NCBI GenBank assembly: GCA_020057885.1
Contig: JAGVEX010000015.1
Location: forward strand, 130,168 to 194,167
Reading direction: 5' to 3'
Source of the DNA: a bacterium
GTDB lineage: Bacteria; Patescibacteriota; Patescibacteriia; Veblenbacterales; UBA10138
DNA length: 64,000 nucleotides
This document shows positions 36,459-45,553 of the stretch, piece by piece. Every line of letters begins with the position of its first letter. Position 1 is the first letter of the stretch. Below the pieces are notes generated by a model. That model had not been told where the DNA came from. It made no database searches and saw only the letters and a program-made list of their open reading frames with translations. The translations under genes were made by a program, and so were the position numbers.

Positions 36459-37535
36459 ATGTTGTTTGAACCAAAGCAAGAATATTTGGGTTTAGATATC
36501 AGCGACTTGTCACTCAAGGCAGCGCAATTTAAACACAATGTTAAAAACCAACCAACTCTCGTAGGTTTGGGCCGAATTGAGTTGGCTACTGGAATTTTTG
36601 AAGAAGGTGAGTTAAAACAACCAGAAATTCTTATAAATTCTATAGTGAATCTTTTAAATAAACCACAAATTGGAAAATTCACCACCACTTATGTCAATGC
36701 CTCTTTACCAGAAACAAAAACATTTATAAAAATGATAGATGTGCCACCGATGTCATATGAAGAAATACCAGAAGCAATTAAATGGGAGGCAGAACATCAT
36801 ATTCCAATTCCCATTGAAGAAACTTATTGGGATTGGCAGCAAATAGGCAAACCGAGCAAGGCCAATTCTCGCCTACCCATCTTGCTTGGCGTAGCGCCAA
36901 AAAACATAGTTGAATCCTACGCCCAAGCTTTAAAAGGAGCACGTCTCATACCAACCGCTTTTGAAATTGAAGCAGAATCTATCTGCCGCAGTCTATTACC
37001 GCTGGATACTTCTACTATACGCGATGCTATTATTATTATCGATATAGGAGCTACACGTACAAGTTTAATTGTATTTGATAACAATACTATACAATTCACT
37101 GTTTCTCTGCCAATTTCTGGTTTAAAAATCACACAAACTATCTCCAATAAGCTCAGTTTATCTGAAATGCAAGCCGAAAAAGCAAAGGTGCTCTGTGGGC
37201 TTGATCCTAAAAAATGCCATGGCGCTATGGCTGAAATTCTCCATAGTGTTATGGATGAATTAATTCACCGCATTAATGAAGCTATAATTTTTTACCAAGA
37301 ACATTTTTCTGGTGGACACAAAATAAACCAAATTATTTTATGTGGCGGGGGCTCTAATTTTAAATCTATCGATCAATATTTGAATGAAAGACTTGAACTC
37401 ACGGTACGTCGCGGCGACCCTTGGAATAACATCGATTCAAACCATTCGCCATTAAAACCAAATGAACTAGCCGCTTATACTACCGCCATTGGTTTAGCTT
37501 TACGCAATTTTTTACCACACGTTAATCATGATTAA
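36459..37535 (+). CDS. pilM: Type IV pilus assembly protein PilM (actin-like ATPase fold)
   Basis: About 358 aa. LGLDISDLSLKAA N-terminus and IIIDIGATRTSLIV are typical of PilM/FtsA-like proteins. Start set at ATG 36459. An extended -10 TGCTATAAT at 36441-36449 may be an internal promoter. Confidence 0.8.
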   Translation: MLFEPKQEYLGLDISDLSLKAAQFKHNVKNQPTLVGLGRIELATGIFEEGELKQPEILINSIVNLLNKPQIGKFTTTYVNASLPETKTFIKMIDVPPMSYEEIPEAIKWEAEHHIPIPIEETYWDWQQIGKPSKANSRLPILLGVAPKNIVESYAQALKGARLIPTAFEIEAESICRSLLPLDTSTIRDAIIIIDIGATRTSLIVFDNNTIQFTVSLPISGLKITQTISNKLSLSEMQAEKAKVLCGLDPKKCHGAMAEILHSVMDELIHRINEAIIFYQEHFSGGHKINQIILCGGGSNFKSIDQYLNERLELTVRRGDPWNNIDSNHSPLKPNELAAYTTAIGLALRNFLPHVNHD

Positions 37536-38061
37536 ACTTAATCTACTGCCCACCGCCGAAAAAGATTCTCTTCGCTACGAGCGTACCTATATTTACATGC
37601 GTACTGTAGTGTTTATTGTATTTACTTTTACTATTGTCGCTTGCGGGCTTTTATTTACTGCTCGTATTATGCTCCAAAACCATTACGCTAATCTGTTAAC
37701 CGATAATGGAAAAGTTAATGATCGTAATAGTGTTGTGTACAGAGAAATTAACGAAACAAATCAAAAATTATCAAAAATACGCAACGTACAAAATGATTTT
37801 GTTAAATGGTCAAATGTAATGTTGGATCTTATACGCGCTATACCGAATAACGTTGAAATTACCTATATTAATTTGGAACACCACAATCTTAACTTTAATC
37901 TTAAGGGTACCGCACTACAACGTGATGATTATTTAAAATTAGAAGCTAATCTTAAGGCGCTCCCTTTTATTGAAGGGCTATACTCTCCTTTGACCAATAT
38001 TCTTCGTCGCGATAATGTTAGTTTTGAATTTTCGGCTAAACTTAAACAAAGTGCGCTATAA
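37528..38061 (+). CDS. pilN: PilN-like bitopic protein
   Basis: 177 aa with a single N-terminal TM and a coiled region. Position after pilM. Confidence 0.55.
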   Translation: MIKLNLLPTAEKDSLRYERTYIYMRTVVFIVFTFTIVACGLLFTARIMLQNHYANLLTDNGKVNDRNSVVYREINETNQKLSKIRNVQNDFVKWSNVMLDLIRAIPNNVEITYINLEHHNLNFNLKGTALQRDDYLKLEANLKALPFIEGLYSPLTNILRRDNVSFEFSAKLKQSAL

Positions 38062-38064
38062 TTT

Positions 38065-38625
38065 ATGAATTTCTCTTTTCCTACTACACCTCATAGCAAG
38101 GTAATAATATACATTAGCCTAACACTAATTATGAGTATTGGATTATTTGCCATAATAGGTTATCCAAGCATTAAAGAAATAAAAAACCTTAGCAACAAAA
38201 TTGAGGAACAACGCTCACAACTTGAACAATTGTATATTAGAGGTAAAAATATCAAACAAACGCTTCAACAATACCGCGAAATAAAGCCCACTGTTAGTAA
38301 CCTTGATAATATATATATAAAACGCGGCGAAGAGCTTAAATTTATTACTACTTTAGAAAATACGGCAAACGAACAAAGTGTAGACCAAGAGCCTAAATTA
38401 GTATCTCCCCCAGTCAACTCTACGTCTAATACACTACAATTAGAATTAACTACTACGACTAGCTTAAACCGTATTATTAAATACATAATGGGGCTAGAAG
38501 CACTAGACTACTATATTAATATTGATACCGTAAGATTATCCAAAGCCTCAAACTCTGCCAGCGCCACGAGTGTTAGCCCTAATTTATCAACTCTTTTTCT
38601 TGCGACTTTATATTATCAGCCATGA
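38065..38625 (+). CDS. pilO: PilO-like bitopic protein
   Basis: 186 aa with an N-terminal TM and a coiled-coil (LSNKIEEQRSQLEQLYIRGKN). Position after pilN. Confidence 0.45.
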   Translation: MNFSFPTTPHSKVIIYISLTLIMSIGLFAIIGYPSIKEIKNLSNKIEEQRSQLEQLYIRGKNIKQTLQQYREIKPTVSNLDNIYIKRGEELKFITTLENTANEQSVDQEPKLVSPPVNSTSNTLQLELTTTTSLNRIIKYIMGLEALDYYINIDTVRLSKASNSASATSVSPNLSTLFLATLYYQP

Positions 38626-38981
38626 AATTTAAATTACCCAAATTAAAAAACATTAAATGGTACTGCTGGCTCAAATTTTTACCCTTGGGCACTATGATAT
38701 TATTGCTTATTTTATTAAGTACCTGTTTAATTTTTCTTAATAAATATTTTTACCAAACCATAGCCGAAATAAAAGTAGTGGGCCTGCTTCAAAATCAAGT
38801 TTCTCTAAGTAAGATTGATTTACCTTTATACCAACAAGTATTTGATAAATGGGAAATCAAGAAAAAAAGTAATACTGAAATATTAGAAAATTTAAATGAT
38901 CCTTTTAGCTCTATTTCGGCAACACCGCTTAACCAGTCTGGGTTGGAATCGGCTAATAAAAAACCTGCGCCAAGCCAATAA
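38622..38981 (+). CDS. Hypothetical membrane-anchored protein, last gene of the pilus operon
   Basis: 119 aa with one TM. Translationally coupled to pilO. Confidence 0.4.
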   Translation: MKFKLPKLKNIKWYCWLKFLPLGTMILLLILLSTCLIFLNKYFYQTIAEIKVVGLLQNQVSLSKIDLPLYQQVFDKWEIKKKSNTEILENLNDPFSSISATPLNQSGLESANKKPAPSQ

Positions 38982-39044
38982 TTTATCTATAAAAACCACT
39001 AACCAAAAATTGGCAGCCTATTTTACGAATTAATAATCCACTGA

Positions 39045-39075
39045 AACGGAGACTAATAATCTCTGTTTTTTATTT
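39045..39075 (+). terminator. Intrinsic terminator AACGGAGA-ctaataa-TCTCTGTT followed by TTTTTTATTTTTT, ending the pilus operon
   Basis: Seen in sequence. Confidence 0.5.
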
Positions 39076-39120
39076 TTTAAAAAATCAATACTCTGCGGAT
39101 AAAAATTACTTCAAACTCCC

Positions 39121-39160
39121 ATCCTGTGAAATATGTCCGGCCGGACATATTTCACAGGAT
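39121..39160. repeat. 40-nt perfect palindrome ATCCTGTGAAATATGTCCGG|CCGGACATATTTCACAGGAT; 3' of the nifU-like operon
   Basis: Seen in sequence. It has the same TGTCCGGCCGGACA core as 23970-24005. Confidence 0.6.
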
Positions 39161-39183
39161 AGCTTTATCTTCATTAATTATAA

Positions 39184-39423
39184 TTAAACTGAAACCACCT
39201 CGCGTACTTCGGGGATTTCTTTTTTCAATGCTGCTTCTAAGCCAAACTTCAATGTAAGCGTGGACATAGCACAATTCTCACAGGCTCCCTGCAAGCTGAC
39301 TAAAACACGACCATCAACTGGTTCCCAACTGACAAAATTAATAGAACCACCATGCCCTGCTACATAGGGTTCAATTTTAGCCATAATCTTTTTTATTTTT
39401 TTTACTATCTTATCATCTTTCAT
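39184..39423 (-). CDS. NifU-like (Nfu-type) Fe-S cluster scaffold domain protein
   Basis: 79 aa, with ...GGSINFVSWEPVDGRVLVSLQGACENCAMSTLTLK (CxxC). Confidence 0.8.
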   Translation of the reverse strand: MKDDKIVKKIKKIMAKIEPYVAGHGGSINFVSWEPVDGRVLVSLQGACENCAMSTLTLKFGLEAALKKEIPEVREVVSV

Positions 39424-39433
39424 AATTAATAAA

Positions 39434-40210
39434 TTATTTAACTTTATTCACTATAATTATTACCTGTTGGCCTTCTTCCACTTTACCATTATTCCAATCG
39501 TGTACCGCTCTCGCCAAAATTAATTCATTATAACGAAAATTTTCGCCTCGCCGAGTTCCCGGATCGTTAGTAATAAATTCATTATCCTCAAAACCTTTCA
39601 CTACTAACATATGATACACAGGCCCAGGGCGTCTAAAATATGGATTCCCTAAAAGCCTACCAGCTGCTGGCAATAAAACTAATTTATGTTCTAAAATAGC
39701 CTCTTTAATAACCCGAGGATTATATTGTACTACACTTGCCTCTAGAGCATAATAATTTTTTAAAACGGTAGCCACCTCTTGTGCTGTTATATCTTGGGTA
39801 AAACCATTACTTGTTTCCCACTCTACTAATTTTAAAATCTCTTGGTCTGCATAGGTAGGATCAAGTTGTAATTTTTTATTGCCTTTAAAATACTCAGCCG
39901 CCATTATCATACTCGCCTCTTCACAAGCTTCTTGGTAAGGCAAATCCCAATTGGCAAAAGGCGCTTGGGAAGTAAATGGCACTGGTAAAATGGTGATTTT
40001 GTGCTGTTCTTTAATTGGTACAATATTTGGCGCAGTAGGCTCAACGACGGGCAACTTAACTTTAACTTCAGAATCAACATTAATATCTACTGGTGCGGAT
40101 TGGGAAATAGAACCAACTGTCGTTTTATTGGGCTGTCGGCTACAAGCTGAGCCCAATAATAAACTTAAAACAATTACTAAAACAAAAATAGTTAAACCTT
40201 TAAATCTCAT
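39434..40210 (-). CDS. Secreted/lipoprotein-like peptidase C39-like (papain-fold) domain protein
   Basis: Signal peptide ending LLLGSAC. PYQEACEEASMIMAAEYFKG (catalytic Cys context) and VYHMLVVKGFEDNEFITNDP (His context) resemble Peptidase_C39_2. Confidence 0.5.
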   Translation of the reverse strand: MRFKGLTIFVLVIVLSLLLGSACSRQPNKTTVGSISQSAPVDINVDSEVKVKLPVVEPTAPNIVPIKEQHKITILPVPFTSQAPFANWDLPYQEACEEASMIMAAEYFKGNKKLQLDPTYADQEILKLVEWETSNGFTQDITAQEVATVLKNYYALEASVVQYNPRVIKEAILEHKLVLLPAAGRLLGNPYFRRPGPVYHMLVVKGFEDNEFITNDPGTRRGENFRYNELILARAVHDWNNGKVEEGQQVIIIVNKVK

Positions 40211-40353
40211 AGTATATCCATAATAAAGCCTAAATCACATATAGACAAATCCCAAATTATTAACTACACTTGACCAAATTTAATATCCGCCTTATAATAA
40301 CCTCGTTCTATCTGAACAGCTTTAACTCTTACTCTATTTCTTACTATTAATTT

Positions 40354-40638
40354 ATGGCTCATACAAAAGCAGGCGGCTCCACAGCCCTAGGTCGCGATTC
40401 TGAATCCAAACGCTTGGGCGTTAAACTTTTTGCCGGACAAATTGCTCGCGCGGGCATGGTCTTAGTGCGGCAACGTGGTACTAAATTTTTCCCTGGGAAA
40501 GGTGTTAAAAAGGGCGGCGATGATACTCTTTTTGCTTCAGTTTCCGGAGTAGTTCAGTTTATAAAAAAATGGCGCAGAAGCTATAACGGCAAACTTAAAT
40601 TGTCTAAAGTTGTAACGGTTATACCACAGGAAAAGTAA
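40354..40638 (+). CDS. rpmA: 50S ribosomal protein L27
   Basis: [24 protein letters not shown]... is the canonical L27 N-terminus. Confidence 0.9.
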   Translation: MAHTKAGGSTALGRDSESKRLGVKLFAGQIARAGMVLVRQRGTKFFPGKGVKKGGDDTLFASVSGVVQFIKKWRRSYNGKLKLSKVVTVIPQEK

Positions 40639-40652
40639 ACTCATAAACTTTA

Positions 40653-40682
40653 AAATCCACTCCTAACTAGGAGTGGATTTTG
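40653..40682 (+). terminator. Intrinsic terminator AAATCCACTCCT-aact-AGGAGTGGATTT followed by TG
   Basis: Seen in sequence directly after the rpmA stop. Confidence 0.6.
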
Positions 40683-40735
40683 TAATAACAGCATTGATTA
40701 GTAAAATTTACCTACCAGCAGACAAAGATACAAAA

Positions 40736-41965
40736 TTATTTAATATCACTTGGTGTAGCATTATGGGTTCCTGCCGATAACGTTCCACCACCAAATTGAG
40801 CTATGTCGGCCTCAAGTCTGAAAGTAATTATATAAGACTCTGTAGAAGCCGCACACACTTGAGGTTGCGCCAAAGTAGCTGAGCAGTAGGTATATTGCTG
40901 TATAGGAGATTGCGGATCAAAAGGTACTTCACTTAAATATGTAGTAGTGCCTGGAATCCCCCAACCGTTATTGGTCAATAAACTGCCGTTTCCATATCCA
41001 AACACAATAGGTACTGCTTGCGATGGGTAGCCTTTCTTATCAGAGGAATAAAGTACAAGTCCAGTTCGAATATATCTAATATTAGACATTCTCTGAACAT
41101 CCCGAATATTCATTTCATCTTTGGCGTTCGGCAATGGGGGGTGATATTTATTTAAGTAAGCACTAATCACGGGCATTATTGCATCAGGATAAGCTATACC
41201 ACCAGGTTGATCTGCAGTAATATAATTTTCTGCATCTATACTCAAATAAACGTTACTGGACACCCATACTACATTGTGGCCGCCAGTGACGTAAACAATG
41301 TTACCATCTAATTTTGACTTGGAAATTTGTCCGGGAAATTGGTCAAGATAATGTTTCTTTATAAAATTATCAGCGTCAGAATTTGTCTTAAAGATTACCA
41401 AGCTAACCTCCACCTGTACAAAAGAATACTCAGTAAGGGCTATTGGTGTAGCAAACCCTTCATATTTGTTTGGATTTTTAAGTGCTTCAGTCTTATCTGC
41501 ATCTATTTCAGCCTGACTTGGTGGTTCAACTGGTACATGCTCTTTTTTATACGAAATTATAAAATTATTAAGTTGCTCAGGTGGTAGATCTTTATAAATT
41601 GCTTCTCTTGTACTTATAAATTTGAAGTCACCAATGTTGGATTTAATAATAAAATCATTAACTTCAGTAGGTGGCAATTTAAGTGGATCGTGACCACTCT
41701 TAACTTCAACACTATCACTATACCCATCGCCATCAGTATCAGCCTTATTAGGGTCAGTACCTAAGGCACGTTCTTGTTCATCAGTTAATCCATCACCATC
41801 GGTATCAATATTAACTATTGTTTGATTAGTATTCGTATTTACATTAACTGCGGTATTAGCATTGTTTTGTTGAGCTGGTGTTTGTTGGGTTGGTGTTTTA
41901 GAGCAAGAAGCACCAAACAAAACTAAAGTTGAAATAGTTATTAAGCCGATGAAATATTTTCTCAT
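40736..41965 (-). CDS. Secreted protein with thrombospondin-type-3/dockerin-like Ca2+-binding DxDxDG repeats
   Basis: Signal peptide, then DTDGDGLTDEQERALGTDPNKADTDGDGYSDSVE. The rest is unrecognised. Confidence 0.5.
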   Translation of the reverse strand: MRKYFIGLITISTLVLFGASCSKTPTQQTPAQQNNANTAVNVNTNTNQTIVNIDTDGDGLTDEQERALGTDPNKADTDGDGYSDSVEVKSGHDPLKLPPTEVNDFIIKSNIGDFKFISTREAIYKDLPPEQLNNFIISYKKEHVPVEPPSQAEIDADKTEALKNPNKYEGFATPIALTEYSFVQVEVSLVIFKTNSDADNFIKKHYLDQFPGQISKSKLDGNIVYVTGGHNVVWVSSNVYLSIDAENYITADQPGGIAYPDAIMPVISAYLNKYHPPLPNAKDEMNIRDVQRMSNIRYIRTGLVLYSSDKKGYPSQAVPIVFGYGNGSLLTNNGWGIPGTTTYLSEVPFDPQSPIQQYTYCSATLAQPQVCAASTESYIITFRLEADIAQFGGGTLSAGTHNATPSDIK

Positions 41966-42079
41966 ATATTTAAGTTAATAATTGATCATTTAATTATATC
42001 ACTATGATCAAAAACCATCCTTATTAGGTGATTTAAAAAGTGCTGGCAGAATAAACGGGCATAGAATTAATTGTACTTT

Positions 42080-43747
42080 TTACCGCTTCGCGCACGCCCC
42101 CATAAAATCTCTGAACAACGGATGTGGGCGTAAAGGTCGCGATTGGAACTCAGGATGAAATTGCGTACCCAGCATAAACGGATGATCTTTAATTTCAGCA
42201 ATTTCAACTAAATTTTTCTCGGGGTTAACACCACTGAAAACAAAACCAGCTTCCACAAACTTTTCACGGTAATCATTATTAAACTCATAGCGATGCCGAT
42301 GCCGCTCAGAAATTGTCACTGCCCCACTCTTATTATCCATAGGCACTGCGTGTGAAGTTTTGGCTGTATAAGCATCATAAGCCAAAGTATTAACATCCAA
42401 CTTGCACTGATACGCGCCCAAACGCATACTCGCACCCATATATTTAGCTTCTAAATTTTTGCGCTGTTCGGGTATAATATGAATTACTGGATTTTTCACT
42501 TCCGCGTCAAACTCGGTTGAATTAACTTCTTTGGTTTTTAAAAGATAACGTCCGAACTCAATAGACATAATCTGCATTCCCAAACAAAGCCCTAAATAAG
42601 GAACTTTATTTTCACGAGCATAATTGGCCGCCTGAATCTTACCCTCAATACCGCGATTGCCAAAACCACCTGGCACCACAATGCCGTTAGCACTCCTCAG
42701 GCGTTTCCACTCTTTAGCATCGCGCTCCTCAAGTTTTTCTGAATCTATATCAATAATGCTTAAACGCACGCCTTGAAAGGCGGCGGCGGCTTTTAGCGCT
42801 TCGTGTACGCTAATATAAGCGTCGCCATGGGCCGTATATTTACCAACCAGCGCAACCATAACCTTACGCGCCTTGGCGCTACGCATACGCCTTACCAAAG
42901 TGCTCCATTCTTTAAGATTCGGCTTTTTGCCTTTTAGACCAAAATGCTCAAAAATCAACTTAGAAATATGATAAGATTCTAGGTCGAGAGGAACTTCATA
43001 AATTGACTTTAAAGTAGGGCAAGGAATAGCGTTAGCCAGCGGCACGTCACAGAACAAAGCAATTTTTTCTAACAAATCTTTGCTAATTTTAGAATCGGCC
43101 CGCGCTAAAATAATATCCGGCTGAATACCCATGCGATGTAACTCCCTTACTGCCATTTGTGTAGGCTTTGTTTTGAGCTCTCCCGAAGTATCAAGATATG
43201 GTAACAAAGTTGTTAAGATGAACAAAACCTGATCGGGCCCTGCTTCACGATGAAACTGTCGAGCCGCCTCAAGATATGGCTCACCCTCAATATCACCCAC
43301 TGTGCCGCCAATTTCAATTAACAAAAAATCAGGTTTGGTTCTAGCGGCTGCATCATTAATACGATTTTTAATTTCAGCAGTAATATGAGGAATAACTTGG
43401 ATAGTACGCCCCAAATAAACGCCTTGACGCTCTTCTTGTAAAACTTTTTGATAAACTTGTCCGGTAGTAATATTGGAAAGACGCGACAACGGTTCGTCAA
43501 TAAATCTTTCGTAATGTCCCAAATCCAAATCAGCCTCGTAGCCATCATCTGTCACAAAAACTTCCCCGTGCTGATACGGGCTCATAGTGCCTGGATCGAT
43601 ATTTAAATATGGATCCATTTTCATCACACTTACAGTGTAACCAGCTGTTTTTAAAATAGCACCAATAGCAGCCATAGCCGTACCCTTGCCTAAGCCAGAG
43701 CACACGCCGCCTGTTACAAAAATATATTTTGTTTTAATTGGTGGCAT
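42080..43747 (-). CDS. pyrG: CTP synthase
   Basis: N-terminal synthetase domain (KYIFVTGGVCSGLGKG) and a C-terminal class I glutamine amidotransferase (GLCLGMQ, HPEF). Start set at the internal ATG (MPPIKTKYIFV). Confidence 0.9.
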   Translation of the reverse strand: MPPIKTKYIFVTGGVCSGLGKGTAMAAIGAILKTAGYTVSVMKMDPYLNIDPGTMSPYQHGEVFVTDDGYEADLDLGHYERFIDEPLSRLSNITTGQVYQKVLQEERQGVYLGRTIQVIPHITAEIKNRINDAAARTKPDFLLIEIGGTVGDIEGEPYLEAARQFHREAGPDQVLFILTTLLPYLDTSGELKTKPTQMAVRELHRMGIQPDIILARADSKISKDLLEKIALFCDVPLANAIPCPTLKSIYEVPLDLESYHISKLIFEHFGLKGKKPNLKEWSTLVRRMRSAKARKVMVALVGKYTAHGDAYISVHEALKAAAAFQGVRLSIIDIDSEKLEERDAKEWKRLRSANGIVVPGGFGNRGIEGKIQAANYARENKVPYLGLCLGMQIMSIEFGRYLLKTKEVNSTEFDAEVKNPVIHIIPEQRKNLEAKYMGASMRLGAYQCKLDVNTLAYDAYTAKTSHAVPMDNKSGAVTISERHRHRYEFNNDYREKFVEAGFVFSGVNPEKNLVEIAEIKDHPFMLGTQFHPEFQSRPLRPHPLFRDFMGACAKR

Positions 43748-43768
43748 ACCCAGTAACAATAACAATGA

Positions 43769-44215
43769 TTAAACGGCTTTAATATGTATAGTAAGAGTTG
43801 CACTAACAGTGGGGTGTAATTTAACAGTTACTTGGTGCTCTCCCACTGTTTTTAAATGCTCACTAATTACAAGCTGAGCTGGTGTAATTGGAATTTTGAT
43901 TTCATTTTGAATTGCATCGGCAATTTGCTCTGCTGTAATAGCGGCATAAAGTGTACCAGAAGAAGACGTTTTAGTGTTTATAGTAACAACTTTATTTTTA
44001 AATCGTGATAAGTAAGCTTGGGCTTGAACTAATTGCTTGGTATCTTGTTTTTGTTGGGCTTGTGTTTTTTGAGACAAGGCAACCAAATTAACAGGTGTAG
44101 CTTTTAGCGCTAATCCACGCGGAAACAAATAATTCAAAGCATAGCCATCGCTTACTTCTTTAACCTCATCGCGATTAGCAACACCAGAAACACCTTGAAT
44201 AAAAATAACTTTCAT
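43769..44215 (-). CDS. rplI: 50S ribosomal protein L9
   Basis: MKVIFIQGVSGVANRDEVKEVSDGYALNYLFPRGLA is the canonical L9 N-domain. Confidence 0.85.
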   Translation of the reverse strand: MKVIFIQGVSGVANRDEVKEVSDGYALNYLFPRGLALKATPVNLVALSQKTQAQQKQDTKQLVQAQAYLSRFKNKVVTINTKTSSSGTLYAAITAEQIADAIQNEIKIPITPAQLVISEHLKTVGEHQVTVKLHPTVSATLTIHIKAV

Positions 44216-44220
44216 TTTAC

Positions 44221-45483
44221 TTATTTGTTTAATAATTCCAAAGCTCTATCAAGTTGTGGATCAGTCCCCTTTTCAACATCTTCTTTAGAAAACTTAACCT
44301 CAATATCTGGCTTAATGCCGTTTTTATCAATCGATCGTCCTTGAGGCGTAAACCATTTAGCCACTGTAAGTTTTACCGCGCTACCATCGGGCAATTCCTC
44401 TAAATTTTGCACCGAACCCTTGCCAAAAGTCTGTTCACCCACAATGGTGGCTAATTTTAAATCTTGCAAAGCGCCAGCAACAATTTCCGAAGCTGAAGCT
44501 GAACCTTGATTAACCAAAATAATTGTCGGCGTGCCTGCCAACTCACCACCACCTATGCTCATATGCTCCTTAAAATTTGGCGGTATAAGCTGTTCTTTTA
44601 CTACCACACCTTTAGCGACCCAGTGACTAGAAATTGCAATAGCTTGGTCTAAATATCCACCGGGATTATTACGCAAATCAATAATAATACCCTTGGGTCC
44701 TTGGGTTGTCAGTTGAGCTAAAACAGAACGAAAAGTATTGTCTGTATCGCTCGCAAAATGTACCAACTTAATATAAGCCACCTTATCCTTACTGTTGGGT
44801 AAATTTTTTAACTCACCAGTTACCAAGGGAATTTCAATCCGTGATCGAGTAATCTCCACATTGCGCGACTCATTTTCACCCTGACTTAAAATAAGTAAAT
44901 TAACTTTGGTGCCGCGCGCGCCGCGAATAAGAGTCACTGCGTAATCTACCGACATAGCGGTGGTATCCACCTTATCAATTGCCAAAATTTTATCTCCCGG
45001 TTTGAGTCCAGCTTTGGCTGACGGAGTACCCGACAAAGGCGCTATGATTGTTAAAATATTATCCTTCAAACCTATCTCCGCTCCAATACCATCAAAATTA
45101 CCTTGTAATTCACTGTCAAATTTTTTAGCTGTAACAGGATCCATAAATACCGAATAAGGATCACCCAAACCCGCCACCATACCTTCAAGGGCACCATAAA
45201 AAAGCTTGGTATCTACCACGGGTTGCTCTAAATATTCAGAGTGTATTCTCTCCCACAAATTCCAAAACAAAGAAAAATCAACATCTTTGCCTAAATACGA
45301 AGGTAAGGGCTGGTTAGTGTTAGTAATATTTCCGCCGGTAGGCAAATACTTGGAAGTAGATTCTTGGCCTGCTACAAAACCAATCACGAGGGAGACTATT
45401 ACAAAAATAACCACCAAAGTGGCTGGCACAACCCGCTGAGGGCGGGGTTTAGTTGGCCAACTAATTGGTGGAATAAATGTCAT
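44221..45483 (-). CDS. ctpA: Carboxyl-terminal processing protease (S41 family) with a PDZ domain
   Basis: N-terminal TM, PDZ (GIGAEIG...GDKILAID), S41 catalytic Ser context (VNQGSASASEI), and a Lys further along. Confidence 0.85.
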   Translation of the reverse strand: MTFIPPISWPTKPRPQRVVPATLVVIFVIVSLVIGFVAGQESTSKYLPTGGNITNTNQPLPSYLGKDVDFSLFWNLWERIHSEYLEQPVVDTKLFYGALEGMVAGLGDPYSVFMDPVTAKKFDSELQGNFDGIGAEIGLKDNILTIIAPLSGTPSAKAGLKPGDKILAIDKVDTTAMSVDYAVTLIRGARGTKVNLLILSQGENESRNVEITRSRIEIPLVTGELKNLPNSKDKVAYIKLVHFASDTDNTFRSVLAQLTTQGPKGIIIDLRNNPGGYLDQAIAISSHWVAKGVVVKEQLIPPNFKEHMSIGGGELAGTPTIILVNQGSASASEIVAGALQDLKLATIVGEQTFGKGSVQNLEELPDGSAVKLTVAKWFTPQGRSIDKNGIKPDIEVKFSKEDVEKGTDPQLDRALELLNK

Positions 45484-45553
45484 GTATTTACAATATAAAA
45501 AATACTACTCGAAAGGATTTTACCATATCATACGAGGTATGGTCAAAATAATA

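Noticed and set aside
39121-39160. CRP/FNR-type site interpretation of TGTGA...TCACA within the 40-nt palindrome
   Set aside because: The half-sites are 22 nt apart instead of 6. This is not a CRP-family geometry.
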